The notes below the pieces were generated by a model. That model was not told the origin of the DNA, searched no databases, and saw only the letters and a list, made by a program, of their open reading frames with translations. Both the position numbers and the translations under genes were made by a program. DNA of 58,836 bases, the filler included, from Dirinaria sp. TL-2023a (taxonomy: Eukaryota), in assembly GCA_051941275.1 (NCBI GenBank). It is 3 parts of 3 records of this genome, joined end to end, with 100 filler letters (N's around TTAATTAATTAA, not from the genome) between each part and the next. Parts side by side here need not be neighbours in the genome. Positions count along the whole stretch, not along the records: positions 19,665 to 39,208 come from JAVEBF010000326.1; 2 more parts are not named here. One strand, given 5' to 3'. Shown piece by piece: positions 25,253 through 38,599 of the stretch (positions are counted from its first letter, which is position 1; each line of letters begins with the position of its first letter).

Positions 25253-26099
25253 GAGCAACGAGCGTACGCGGTGATAGCTTAGCTGAACCAGCCGATGCCG
25301 AGTCCCGGCAAAACTCACAAAGCAGCAGCACCCCACCCCCTTTCGACGACTTTAGACGAGTACTGAAAGGGGGTTGGCTTATGAACAAGCGGTACAAAAG
25401 CACCGGCGTCGTTCCGGCCAGTCCAAAGCATTATGTAAATACAGGCATTACAGCGTCCTGGAGGTCCCAAGAATTTTCCATCTATGGAAGGATTCCAGGC
25501 GGTCAGTATTCCCCTATGGTTAAGTCCGTATCCTATACTATACCTCCAGGTACTTTGTTACATTAGGGTCGAAGGCACTGTGGCGACTTGGGGATCTGGA
25601 CGAGACGATGAGCTGACGATGTGCGGATGACGGCCAAAATCTCTCCATAGTCTGGGGCTTTTGCCCTGGAGGGGATAGGACCATGTTTGCAGGACAGTCT
25701 GCGGCTGTATCCAACTGATTAAGGACTGCCGAGAGTCTCGGTCTGAAATGCGAAAAACTGTGAATATTATCATTAGTGTTCATCGCCTTTCTGGAAATGG
25801 CAAGGCCCCATTCTGTCGATTGTACAGCGATATCATCTCAGCTTCTGTACCCAGCCAACCGCAGCTTCAGCGATTACTGATTTCCTTTCTAATAAATTGT
25901 ACTGTACTGCTCACCAGCCATATCTTTATCATATTGAGGATTTTCACCGCTAATCCCGTCTCCGTCCCGTCACTTTCCACCTTCCTACTCCGGTAAGACT
26001 GGACATTGTGCCCACTCTCGGCAGGTACCGCTTCAGAAGTACAAAACTTCACCGTGCACCTGTTGTCCTTCCTGGTTTTACCAGCAAACCTTGTGCAAG

Positions 26100-28389
26100 A
26101 TGCGCTCTCATATGGTGATAGCTTACACCATCTGGTTAGGTACACTACTTCGTACTAGGCTTAGCAGCGCTACTGTGCAGTTGGACGCGCGCGGCCATGG
26201 AAAGGACAAGGGTTGTGACAAGCTTGGGGCTGTCGCATCTGAAAGCGCTGTTTGCAGTAAAATTGGGGTTGAATTGATCGAACAGGGGGGTAATGCGGCT
26301 GATGCTGTGCGTTGACTTGGATTCTTCACGTTATGTCTACCATTACTGATGATCGGTTTCCAGCTTGTGGGAACTCTCTTCTGTGTCGGCGTCATTGGTA
26401 GGTAGTTCTTGGTTCTCCAGCTTAGCTCCTATACAATAAGTCAGAAGCTCGATCACTCAATTCGTCAAGGGGAGTGCTTGTGCAGAACTCGATCATCAAA
26501 TGGCCGCTCGGTTGAATGACCGCTGAGTGTCCAAGACGTACAGATTCTTACAATCCATAGTTCTCTATAGATTTTTGCAAAACTAATCTGGTCAGGAAAA
26601 ATCAAAGTTGTTGAACTATGAAATGCATGACATCTGATGGGCAAAGTGAATGATTGCTGACACGCGCTATAGGGATGTACCACAGCGGCATTGGTGGAGG
26701 AGGCTTTATGCTTGTCAGAAGCTCTAACGGCTCTTACGAGTTCATTGACTTTCGCGAGACTGCGCCTGCCGCGGCTTTCCAAGACATGTATGAAAACAAT
26801 GTTAATGCATCGCTATATGGCGGTCTCGCAAGGTATTAGGTAGCCTCCAAATGAGCTTGCTTTGAGCTGAGTCAAGAGTCCAGTGGAGTCCCTGGTGAGC
26901 TCCGCGGAACAGAGCACCTCCACAGGAATTATGGCAAACTGCCTTGGGCTACCGTTATTCATCCGGCCATCAACCTCGCCCGGTACGGTTTTACTGTAAC
27001 CAAAGACCTCGTCAACCAAATGAAGGCCGCTACCGAAGGGGAAACGGATTTCCTCGTGGAAGACCCCAATTGGGCCATCGATTTCGCTCCCAACGGCACG
27101 CGTGTGCAGCTTGGCGAAACCATGACGCGAAAGCGTTACGCTGACACTTTGGAGACGATTTCCCAATACGGTGCTAATGCATTTTACACAGGCGCCATTG
27201 CTAACGCGACTATCGCCGCTTTGCAAGCTTCTAACGGCACGATGACGTTAGCAGACCTGAAGAATTATTCGGTGGCAATCAGGAAGCCGGCTCAGATCAC
27301 GTATCGAGACTTCAGGCTTACGGCGTGTAGTGCGCCTAGTAGCGGCGAGGTTGCCTTGAGTGTTATGAAGACTGTGGAGGGATATCAGGGTTTTGGCGAG
27401 GCGAGCTTATTGAACTTGAGCACCCATCGTTTGGACGAGGCTATCAGGTTTGGTTACGGCGAGGTAAGCGATCTATCTGTGAGGGGTCGATCATGTATTG
27501 CATTACTGACAATGCTATACCAGCGCGCCAATCTCGGTGATCCTCTTTTCGTTCCAGGATTGGATGAGTATCAGGCAGAAATGCTCAATGAGACTACCGC
27601 TGTGAGGATCCGCAGCCAGATCTCGGATACTCGCACGCAGAACGTCTCCGCATATCAGCCTACTGGTTTGATAGGAATCGCAGAGTGAATTCCCCCCCCC
27701 CCCACCACCCTTACCCTTTGGTTTCTCTTTTGGCATCCTTTTTATTCATTCTGACACAATTTGCTCGAAAGTCTACGTCTTTGGCTCGCTAACGCTTCGC
27801 CAGCCACGGCACATCCTATATCGCCACTGCTGACGCATCGGGCATGGCCATCTCCATTACCTCCACCATCAATCTTCTATTCGGTTCGCAGCTTATCGTG
27901 CCGGCCACAGGTGTGATTATGAACAACGAAATGAACGACTTCTCTATCCCAGGTTCCTCAAATGCCTTCGGTTACGTGCCGTCTCCGGCAAACTATGTTC
28001 GACCTGGAAAACGCCCACTTTCTTCAATCTCCCCAACAATTGTGGAGCACTTATCAAATGGTAGCCTTTATTTCATTGTCGGTTCTGCGGGCGGTAGTCG
28101 TATCATCACCGCCACCATCCAAAATCTGTGGCACGTATTAGACCAAGGCTTGACAGCCGAGCAGGCTCTAGCGCAACCACGGTTCCATGACCAGCTAGAG
28201 CCGAATCAGATCAGCTTCGAGTATGCGTATAATAACGAGACCGTGGCCTATCTTCAAAGCTTAGGGCACAATGTGACGTGGATTGCGCCGGGCCAATCGA
28301 CGGCCCAAGCTGTGCGGCTATTGCCAAACGGAACTTTTGAGGCAGCGAGAGAGCCCAGACAGAATGCAAGTGGGGGATTTGTCATTTGA
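26100..28389 (+). CDS. Gamma-glutamyltranspeptidase (secreted or membrane type), multi-exon
   Basis: GAVASESAVCS, GGNAADA, MYHSGIGGGGFM, IDFRETAP, GVPGEL, nucleophile segment HGTSYIA, NNEMNDFS, PGKRPLSS, GSAGGSRI. Start codon approximate. Confidence 0.92.
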
Positions 28390-29304
28390 CCTGTTTGCGT
28401 CTCAATGTAGATGTTCAGTAGTGTGAAAGGGAATGTGTAGTCTGGCTGGAGTAGTTATTGCAGACGTAGCCAGCGACCACGAACGAAGTAGTAGTTATAA
28501 AATATCTAGATAAATCACCCGATTTTCGGGAACGAACAATCAGAAAAAACACTTCATGGAAATCTGGCTCGGCGGTCTTATAGCGTCAGCTACTGTCAAC
28601 TCCAATCAAACATCGCATTCCTTCTCCTGATTTTCTCAAAGTAGGAGCGTTGTCACTCACTTCACTTTAGGGTTTCACCTTAGGGTAATTGGCCAGGACC
28701 TCGGACGGAAGGTTTACCGAATGTTGACAAACAATCCTCGTCGCTCAGGCCAACATGTCGAGATCATCAGGCAACCAAAGCAACGGCTTACCGCTGGTCC
28801 CTCGATGGTCGAATCAACGCACCCCGTCATGCATCAAAGCGCAGTTGTCACTGTATCTGATAGGCTTGCACTATCACCACCAATCATCTGCGTCGAGATA
28901 GAAGGGATTGAGTCACATGACTGCATACGTCGCTCGCGCCAGCCTACTATGTCTGCTCCTTCGAACCGCTTCCTCTTTTCTCTTCTTCACGCTTCTTCAG
29001 AAGAGCCGGCCGAACACACCACCGCGACTAATCTCCTTGCAGATTGTCGTGCGCAGAGTCGCTTCAGGAACCCTCTCAGTCTTCTTTCGAGTCCTTTCTC
29101 GATCGAAGCACAGAGAGGAACCCGTCCTGAAAGGCTTCCGGAGGTCTCCCACCCATGCAACGTGCGTGCGAAGCGTCACTTTGATTTCCGATTCCCCACT
29201 TGTTACGCTCTTTTACACGAACTCGGGTGCCTTTCAGTCAATACCGTCGCTATATCTTCGCCGAGTGATACCCATCTTCGACCACAGACGCCGGTACGAT
29301 CAAG

Positions 29305-30334
29305 ATGTTCAAGCGCTCTTTTGCATCAAGAGATCGCGCGGGCAAGGCAGTCAAGCCGGTAAAGAAGACCTATCGCGAGCATACGAAGATCAAGATGCAG
29401 CAGAAACTGGATAGTCCGCCGGTCGGGAGGTGAGTCTGATCCTAGCCTCGTAGATGGCGACGTTGAGAGGGCTGATAAAGTACGGCGATCGCAGTACTCT
29501 CACAAGCGCCATAGTCACTTTGGTCGTGGGTCGCGATCAGCGCCTGTTCGCTGCTCACGAGGATATCCTGTCTCTGTCCCCCTTCTTCGCGGCTGCTCTC
29601 AAAGGCCAGTTCTACGAGGCTGCTACGAAGAAGGTGGAGTTGCCCGATGAGTATGTGCAATGTCCAAAGGTGCTAGGCAGGCACTAATACATCTCTCCAC
29701 AGAGAACCCGAAGTTTTCTCCTCCGTCCTCGAATATCTCTACAAGGGTGACTACTACCCACGCTTGTTGCATAACAAGCGTCGCAACTCTTGGGAGCTCG
29801 AAGACGCACAGGACCCCCTAAACCTTGGTGGCCGTGGGTCAGTCGAGTCTACAATTTACCATTCTGGTGTGGGCGGAGTCCTGCTCAAAGACACGGTCAT
29901 CTACTGCACTGCGGAGAAATTTGGCCTGGAAGGTCTTAAGCGCATTGCTCTTCGGAAGCAAGGCCTTCAGTCCGGTCTGGCAGTCGACGTCATCCTACGC
30001 TCCGCCCGCTTTACGTATGCCAATACGCCGGATACTGACTCGCGCCTTCGCGCTCATTACCTGGCCTTGATTATCCGGAGTCGCAAGACTTTCAAGAGGA
30101 GCGGAACCATGCAGATGGAGATGGAGATAGGTGGAAGCAAATTGTGAGTTGCTTGCAAGTCGCTCGAGAAAGAGCGTCTGACAATTGAATCTAGGTTTTT
30201 CGATCTGTTTGTTGCCCAGTGCAATTTTTTGGAGGACATCGTGGACATCTCGTAGGTTTCCCCATCCTCTTAAGTTTTGTCAAACCATTCTCACACGGTG
30301 GGCCAGTAACAAGAGTTCTCCGCGCACCATCTAA
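29305..30334 (+). CDS. BTB/POZ domain protein, multi-exon
   Basis: IVTLVVGRDQRLFAAHEDILSLSPFF...VELPDE/EPEVFSSVLEYLYKGDYYP...IYCTAEKFGLEGLK. GT-AG introns join the ORF fragments. Last exon SNKSSPRTI* is inferred. Confidence 0.85.
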
Positions 30335-31848
30335 AATTGTCGCACACACGGCACAGATCCTTGAGACCGAAATGGAGGCAAATTGAATACAGCCAGGGAA
30401 CTCTCCACACCAGGATGTCAGCCAGGCCCCCACCCCTCTCGCATCTTTCGTTCTGAAGCCGGCGAGCTTTTGTTTTTCGCTCTTTACGCGTCCACGAAAC
30501 TCCACTTCTCTACAACCATATGCCATGAGGTCGGCCAACCCCCTGTTTCCGGTGCTGAAAAGGACGGTCTAATCTACTTATCAACCACCGTCAAACGAAG
30601 CCCGCTTGTCAATTTTGTTTAGGAATTCAAGACGCAGCCCTCTTTCCCTCTTGCGCTTGCCCAACGATTATCTCCACCCCGGTGGAGATCGATCCAAGCG
30701 GCAGCAGAGAAATAATTCGCACTTTTCCCGAACCTGAACCCCATCCCCATTTCTTTTTCCCCAACCCCATCACCACGAAATCATTCCCTTTCTGGGAGGA
30801 TCTGACAAGAGCGCTGCGACTCCCTTCGCAGAGTTTTCCTTTGTTAAGGTTTCCCCTATTGCAGGAAATGGGACAGAATGTGGTGCAAAGGAGAAAGAGA
30901 GAGAGATTAGTCTGACATGGTGAAGCTAGCTTCTATGAGCTACTGTGGACGAAAAACTTGGCACAGAACAGGCCGGGTTTGCTGCGGCGAACATTAACGA
31001 TCTGTTTCGAATGCTTTTTTTTTTCTGAAGCAGGCCTTGGATGTGATAATCAGATATCAGGAAATTGAACACACTTATTCGGCCACCTCATAAATTTGTG
31101 CCAAAAAAATTCCATCCTTGATTGAGTGACTTGATGACTCTGTGACGGTGTAAGGAATATATTGTATTCCTGGAGCATACATACATGTAATCAACTAAAC
31201 CCCTCGCCACCTCGCCCACATCTCACCAAACATGTATACCACCCTAGTAAATCCTTTTCATCTGCAAAGAGCGATGCCTGCTGGCAAATCCGTACTCTCA
31301 AATAACGAAAGCAAACAATATCTGGGAAGATTACCCTCGTAAAAGCGTGTATTAAATTGCAAAGTGCGTACGCCAGCTTCTGTTCGCTGGTAATGGTCTC
31401 GTTTGGTTTGGCATGGGGGGATGGATCTTGGAGGGGAACAATGGAGGTGTATCACTTTACCATCTGCCGTTCTAGCTCGAAAACTTTCATATGCACGCAA
31501 CTAATCAAATGGTTGTGAAATTGTATTTTATCCTAGATCACAAAAAAAAGTCTGTCTCGAAATACTTCTTCGAATTATCCATCTCTCTGCTAGGGAGATT
31601 TTGAAGTAAGCTTTGCTTCTGCTGCATACCTATGATTCCCCCTGTCTTCGCTAACCCGCTTTTTCAAACTCCAGAACTGTTCAAAATGGAAAGAGGTATC
31701 ATCGCTCTTGAGCTCGGCTCGGACGAGAAGATTCATTAAATAAGCATACTGTCGTAAAGGGAATGGCCGTCGTTAAGTTGGGTACCTTAGGTTTCTCGTT
31801 GCGTCCATCATTGGTGCGCTGTAGAGCGGTTTCGGTAGGTTAGCAGCA

Positions 31849-33553
31849 TCAGTGTCTGTGATCCGAAGTCGAAGTCTCGTCATTCGCGGTATCGATCTCA
31901 AGATTACTTGCTTCATCCTTCGACTGTTTTCTAGTGACCTGCAATAACTCCTTCAAGACCTTTTCGCGGAGACTGGGACTGCTGGCCATGAGCTCGCTCA
32001 ACATCGCTCCATCGATTTCCATCAGCTCCCAGAAATGTTCCACAAGGCAGCTTCGAGCCTTGGCCGCCACAGTAGTGTCCTCCATTGCTCCGTTCTGGAG
32101 CAAATACCGGACTGTGTCCATGAACTCCTTGGTTGGGGAGACTGTCAGGGATTCAAGCATTCGCTTCACGGCATGTGTGAAATTGCCGAATCCAAGCTTC
32201 TTGGCAATGTGGTAGGTCATGGCGCAGCGCTTCAACTCCATCAGCATTGTGGCCTCCGTCCTCTGCTCGAGATCTAGAACTACTCGTCTTCCCGAATCGT
32301 CAGGAAAGATCTCGCTGCGTAAGTAGGCCGCTATAGGCTCAAAGTCGTTGGGACTGATACTTAGAAGTAGCGGCGACATGACGTATAATGTGGAATCGGC
32401 CGCTACGGAAACGTTTTCTTCAAAGTGGTCGCTGAACAGCACAACGCCAGTGTCAGACACCGTAAAAACCTTGTGGGGGCTTCCGACGTAGATTTTGAGC
32501 GAAGAGCTGTAATTGTACGCCGTTAGCCAGGATCAATGCGTAGCCATACGATGGTATTATATGCTTACCTGGAGTACGTAGGATCTGTAACGAGCACGTC
32601 ATAAGTGGACCTGCTGGGAAGCGGCCCCTCGAGCAATGTCCGGCTAGACGAAGAGCTGGCGGATGTCGATAGTTCCCCCGTCTGCACCGCTCTGTCGCGC
32701 TGCTGTGCACGGTCTGAAGCAGGCATCTCTTTAGTGAGGGTTGAATCTTCCCCTCGAAGCTCCGGGCTTTCATGCTTAATCTTGATACTCTTCGCTCCGT
32801 GTGCTCTCTTATCGTCGTCAAAACCATCAAAACTATCGTCATCCGCCAGGGTGTTCAGGTCACCCTGAAGAGAGTTTAGACGAAAAGTGAAACCGTCCTG
32901 GCCAACCCTTCGTTTCTTCGACAATACAGTCTCTTCGTGCTGAATGTGAAGGTTCTCGCGGCTATTACTGACTGACAGCTGTCGTGTGAGGAGTCTCTCT
33001 TTCCAGTATCGGACATCATTCCGACCGTAATGCTCAATGGCTTCAGTACAAGCATTTGCAAGCCGTAGGTCGTCGGTCCTATCTCGGATATTGCGAGCTT
33101 GCTGGATGTCGAGGGGGGCTAGGCGCTTCCATGGGGTCCAGCAGCTGGAATGCAGTTAGCATAGAATTGATAAGCTACCGATGACTGGTCTTCGACCCGA
33201 AAAGTCACTCACAGTTGCATAGTCCCCAGTCGCATGGTAGGAAAGCATCTCTGGTCTGCGAGGTCACCACCAGGGCAGAACTCGTTGCGCCAGTCTCCAT
33301 TCTTCTGACGTGCATTCGCTGGTCGTTTGCCTCTAGCCAGAATCTGTAGCATGTCCTCGTCACAAATCACCACAGGCCACGGATCTTGATCCTTCTTAGC
33401 TGATAGCCATAACTCACCCGCCTCAACGTCAATTTGGGCACGACGCTGAAACATGGCCAATTCTGAGGGTCGAGAGCTAGCATATCCAATTCGAGCAGAA
33501 TAAGTCTCCATTTCGGAGACAGTTCCTGCTTTGGAAACCCGATTCTTTGGCAT
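31849..33553 (-). CDS. About 524-aa protein with N-terminal PWWP-like domain and C-terminal BTB-like domain (exons 33553-33213, 33144-32569, 32506-31849)
   Basis: Two canonical introns (GTGAGT..CTAAC..CAG; GTAAGC..CTAAC..CAG) put three ORFs in one frame without stops. DPWPVVICDEDML...RP...GG...RCFP...LAPLD is PWWP-like; LKIYVGSPHKVFTV...PNDFEPIAAYL...YHIAKKLG is BTB-like. Confidence 0.75.
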
Positions 33554-34985
33554 CGTTCCTTGTAAGGTAGCTATTGCTTGTCTAGTGATGTCCAGACAGT
33601 CGTGATAGGTGAAACGCTTGCCGAGAACGTGAGTTCGGTGTTTTCTAAGGGATTTATCACTACACTTCGTTCACTTCACTCGTTGTGAATGAGTAGTAAC
33701 TTTGAGGCTTCGGTCTTTCATCCATGCCAGGCGGACTCGGCTCCTTCATCTATCCCTACACGGGTTCGTCGAAAGATATTTTCCTTCACATGCCTTCTCA
33801 TAAGCTCCTCCCTCAGGAGCTAATGTTAGTGCTCGTTTCTCCATCATCTTGCCTATGCCTTCTTTTGAGGGTTCTCCCTCATATCTGCAAATTCGAGAGC
33901 TCGTTTCGATCATCTGAACCTTGGTAACGTTTCATGAAAAGGGTGATTAGGTTCCATTCCAAGACCCTAAAATCTTACGTAATGACTTGTTTTTTGTTAC
34001 TTGATAGTAGTGAAATTCCAGGTATCCTGAGGTTGAATTTTGGTAATAAGAGTTTAGCACAAAAAGAACTACTAATAAGGCAGTTAGGTACCTCGGTTGT
34101 AGCCTTACCTGGAAGGTGTTGTGTCGATTGAAGCCGAAGTCTGACTCAGTGAGGTATCCAGTAGTCTCAGCTGAAGTTCTATCCAAACGGGAGTAAAGAG
34201 ATCATAGCTGTAATGACTTCTGGAGAAGAGTCCAGAGATCACAGCTATAGGGTTTTACTGAGAGAGCTTGGATAGCCTCAGCTGAGACCCCACTCGGATG
34301 GGACTTGATAGACAACAGCGGGGTTCCTTTGAGAGAGAGGCCCAGAGACCTTGCGAGCCCAATTATCATCGGAACGACTCGACCTTGCGTTACGCTAGTG
34401 GGGAAAAGAGAGTAGGGAATTCAACTGCCCATGAGCCTTGACCATCAAGGTATGCCATCATCTGCAATTGTAGGTTGACTTTGCCAGCTAGGTAAGTCTT
34501 ATCATCTCTTCTACGAGATAGCAGTGCTGATCAGAAGACGTACCCGCGAACAAATACAGGAGCGAAACTCTTGCCCATTTCCACGGAAGTAGACTGTTTG
34601 TTGACTTTGGAGAACAAATATAGGCGCTCGCCTAGGTGGCTTGGGTGGTTAACCTACCCAAGCTTACCGCTCACACTATCATATCGGCCCCCAAAGACTC
34701 AACCGCGGCGCCCGAAGCCAAGCTGAGTCTTGGCTGGCGACAACCAAGCGGATGATTACCTTAACAATCCTTATCAACGATGGCGCCCATAGCGAGCAAC
34801 GCGGCCTCGCGGCCAACAGCTGAAAGCCTTAAAGCCACCCCAAACTTTTAATGAAACATGGTCCTGCCAAGGAGTCTCGACTTTCATGCTCGATTAGCTT
34901 CGAGTCTGCTTAGTCTCGACAACATGAGAAACCTCAAGTACGAGGTTTTCCTCACCCGGCCGGAGACCTCTTTGCCCTTCGAAAA

Positions 34986-37002
34986 ATGGCCGATGCGAGC
35001 ACCCCCAGCAACCCTAACTTACATAGCAGTCACCACACAGGTAAGAGGCTGAGACAGCTCTTGCACCCCAATGGCAGAAGGATTCAGTGAGTTGAATCCA
35101 TTCCTTACCCATCGTTATTCACGTTCTGCTAACGCTTCGCATAGTATTGCTGGATCCCCGGACGAACACGAAAGGCTCAAGCTGCAGCTTGTCACATCCG
35201 AGCCGGATCAAGACTTCGACGTCTGTGTCCATGGTTCACCCGAGCATCTTGCTGCTGTGCGAGAAATCCACTCGCATCAGGAGCAAAAACGGGAAGAGCT
35301 TCGGCAGCAGTTCCCAGATCAATACAATACTTTCGAAGATGTCCATCGTCAGCTCGACCTGCTCTCGAACGAGCTGCAGAGCCTGACGTCTCATGGGGTG
35401 TTCCTCAATGCAAGCTTCTCCAGATTCGGTTATGATGCTCATCTTCGGACTCGGGAACCGGACTCCTCGGCCAGTTCTACCACTGTGGGGAATCCGGCGG
35501 ACCTTGAAGAACGTGATTGGGATGCCGAGCGACAGAAAGGGACCGCTCTACGGTTTTGGAGGCCGCCGATCGTCCGACAATACTTCCATCGTGGTCTTCT
35601 GTGGCGTGCTGAAGCGACCGAAGAAGTAGCTTCGTTTGAGCTCTTTGTGGACTTGCTCTATGTTGGGATAATTGCCATCATTGGTGACACAGCAGCGGAG
35701 AACGCTACAAGCTTTGGGTTCCTTCAATTCCTGGTCACGTTCGTCTTGTCGTGGAAGATGTGGAACGACTTAACACTCACTATCAGCTGGTTTGAGACGG
35801 ATGACATTACCCAACGCATCGCGGTACTGTTTGTGATGATATGCTTATTCGGCTACACCCTGAATATCGTTGCGGCCTTTGATTCGACCTGGACTCAACT
35901 CGTCGCATTCTACCTTACTCAGCGGCTTTTCAATTGCGTCTACTATCTGCAAATAGCGTATCTACTACCCATGGTCCGAGGTAGCATGGTTTACTATGCT
36001 ACTGCCATCCTTGTGCCCAGCGCTCTATGGATTGGCAGCGTGCAGCTTGGGTATCCTGAAAGATTGGCTCTCGTCTGGGTGGCGATTCCGTTGGACCTTT
36101 TTGGACCGCTTTTCATGATCATCTTCACCCGACTTTCGTGGCGCAGATTCCCAAATTTTAAGGATAAGTTGAATCAATGGTTTGACTTCTTCCCTGCCAT
36201 CAACATAGAACACAAAACTGAACGGACTAATGCGTTTGTCACGCTGGTTTTCGGCTACTCCGTTGTGGCTCTCCTTTACCAAAATAAAGCGGCCTTTGGG
36301 ATCAATGCCTTCTTTGGCAAAGCTATATTAGGTCTGATCCAAGCCTTCAGCTTCAACTGGATCTACTTTGAGATCGATGCCTGCAATATTCACACTCATG
36401 CCATTCGGCGACACGTTGTTTCCTCTTTGGTGTGGATTACCGTACATTTGCCATTCATAATGAGTTTTGTTCTGGCCGGATCGTCCTTGTCACGGCTTGT
36501 GCTCGTCCATGATTGTGTCAACGCTGATCCGGAAACTCTTGGAGAGGACTATATTACTCGTTCGGAGCCAGAGGTATCGGTCGGGTCGCGTTGGTTCTAT
36601 TGCGGCGGCCTTGGAACGGCTTTGATTTGTATGGCTGCAATCTCACTGAGCCATGTGCACAAGAAGATCGAGAATCAACGGATCAATAAGAGACCTCGAC
36701 TTGCCCTTCGAGTGGCTGTAGGTATTGTTCTTATCTGCCTGCCTCTTGCTGAGAGCCTCACCTCATTGCAACTGATTTTCACGACTACTGGGCTGGTAGT
36801 ACTCACACTGATGTTCGAGGTGGGTGGCTCGACTTCCAAGAATAACAGCTTTTGGAGAGATAAGCAAAGATGTAAATACTCGGCCGAGTGTCGGATCCGG
36901 AAGAAGGCTGTAGAAGCCGCCTTGAAAGCCGGGGTCACGATTGATGTGACAGAGATAGTCAAAGATGGAGGTGACGAAAAGCGACTGTACGAACAAATTT
37001 GA
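34986..37002 (+). CDS. Low-temperature-requirement A (LtrA)-like polytopic membrane protein
   Basis: SFELFVDLLYVG, FETDDITQR, EHKTERTNAFVTLVFG, WIYF motifs and many hydrophobic segments. Probable true start at 34986 (MADAST...HHTGKRLRQLLHPNGRRIH) with an intron at about 35087-35145. Confidence 0.85.
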
Positions 37003-38104
37003 TTCGCTAATTGCAATCCGAGACCTTTCTCCACATTGAACCGCAGTTCAACAAGCTCGAACAGGAAACAGGCCTGCTTGTATTTCGATGCTCAAAAGCC
37101 TGGAAGCCGCTTGTACAATCTAATTCCGGGAAGTTTCTCGACGTTTGTCCACAGCTTCGATAGTTCCAATCCTGAAGAGTCATGCCGCAAGGTAATAGGG
37201 CTTGGTGTAGACTCCAACGGGCGACGAGCAGCATACTGTTTGAGAGTCGAGATTACTACTTTCATGTCAACAGCAATCGACATATCTACTCTTCTTAGTG
37301 CCTTCGAGGTGGACTGGCATGACAACGCGTGGCTCCGGAGGCCGACATCGAACGTATTTAGTACTTCTCGATTGGGTTGTTTGAGGACCCTCTGGTCCCA
37401 CGAGAATGTGGCCTCATGTGCTGGCGCACGGAGGAGGTTGCACTCGGGCTTCAACTGCCCCTTGCAAATCTCCACTGCCAATGCGTTGTGTAGACATGTT
37501 CCGGAAAGCAGAACTCGCTACGACTAAGGAAGATTAGGTTGTAGTAAGATCTTGAATTGAGTTACTTTTAAGTAGCACGAGTGGAAATGGATGAGATGAG
37601 TTAACTAGGTGACGCCTTGCTTCAGTGATGGAGGGTTTGAGATAGAACCACCTTGCATAGTGGGAATAGCGAGGATTCAACTTGTATCTCGCTGACCACT
37701 GACTGAAAACACTTTGTTGGATAAGGTACCTATTCGTGACATGTGATTTTCACTCTTTGTGGAAACATGGACGGCTGACCCAGATGGAAAGGTTACAGAA
37801 TCACTCAAAATGTTTTGAGTCGTTACGATGAATAAGAGCCCATTGCCTTTCTATCATGATCAAACTTAAGGAAGGTATATAGAATGAGTAAGAGTTGCTA
37901 AGAGACTAATGTACACATGCAAAGCTGGAGCTTGGATCGCCCGGCCAACTCATAATCTTAGGGAATGCCAATGCTCACATAGAAGGACTGTGTGTCAGTC
38001 TCCCACATAGCAATTGCAAATCAAGGACTCCTGTCCGTCCGATCATCGCGTCAACATGCCATAGGTGCGAGTCCATCAGCTGGTCGGTTGGGGATCATTA
38101 AGGT

Positions 38105-38599
38105 CTACTCCTCGTCTTCGTCCTCATCACCGGCCTTGGCCAAGTCAGCTAATGTCGTCGCGGCTTGGGTGCCAAAACACTTACCGCGTAGCTTGCCTTC
38201 TCACTCTCGTAACGCTCCTTGTCCGTCTTAGCCTTCTGCTCATACGGTTCGCGCTGTTTGGCGTTGAGTGCCTTCCAACGTTCACCGAGAACCTTTCCGA
38301 CTTGGCCTAGATTGGGACGCGTGTAAGCAACAGCTGACTGTCTGAGCTACACGGACTAGAAACATACCGAAAGTAATGCCCGGGTTCTCCTCTCGCACAT
38401 TCTCACGCTGCTCGTTCGCGAAGAACATGTACGCGGAGAGGCCGCGCTTGGGCGCATTGGGGTCTGAAAGGAGTTGCAGTCAGTGCACTGACATTACCAG
38501 ATTGGGGTGATGGAGCAAGAGAGGCTTACCCTTCTTCTTCTTGCCTCCCTCCGAAACGGCCTTAGCCTTGGTCTTACGGGTAGCCTTTTCCTTAGGCAT
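38105..38599 (-). CDS. NHP6: Non-histone chromosomal HMG-box protein Nhp6, 4 exons
   Basis: MPKEKATRK...KKKK / [32 protein letters not shown] / [15 protein letters not shown]...[14 protein letters not shown] / AGDEDEDEE*. Missed by the ORF track. Confidence 0.95.

Noticed and set aside
28667..28686. Two TTAGGG telomere-like hexamers
   Set aside because: Too few copies for an interstitial telomere; chance or a common promoter motif.
28721..29414. 213-aa and 168-aa ORFs upstream of the BTB gene
   Set aside because: Overlapping frames with no domain features; probably promoter or 5' UTR.
37036..37527. Overlapping 163-aa and 129-aa ORFs downstream of the LtrA-like gene
   Set aside because: No family signature or splice support. 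A relic is possible but unsupported.
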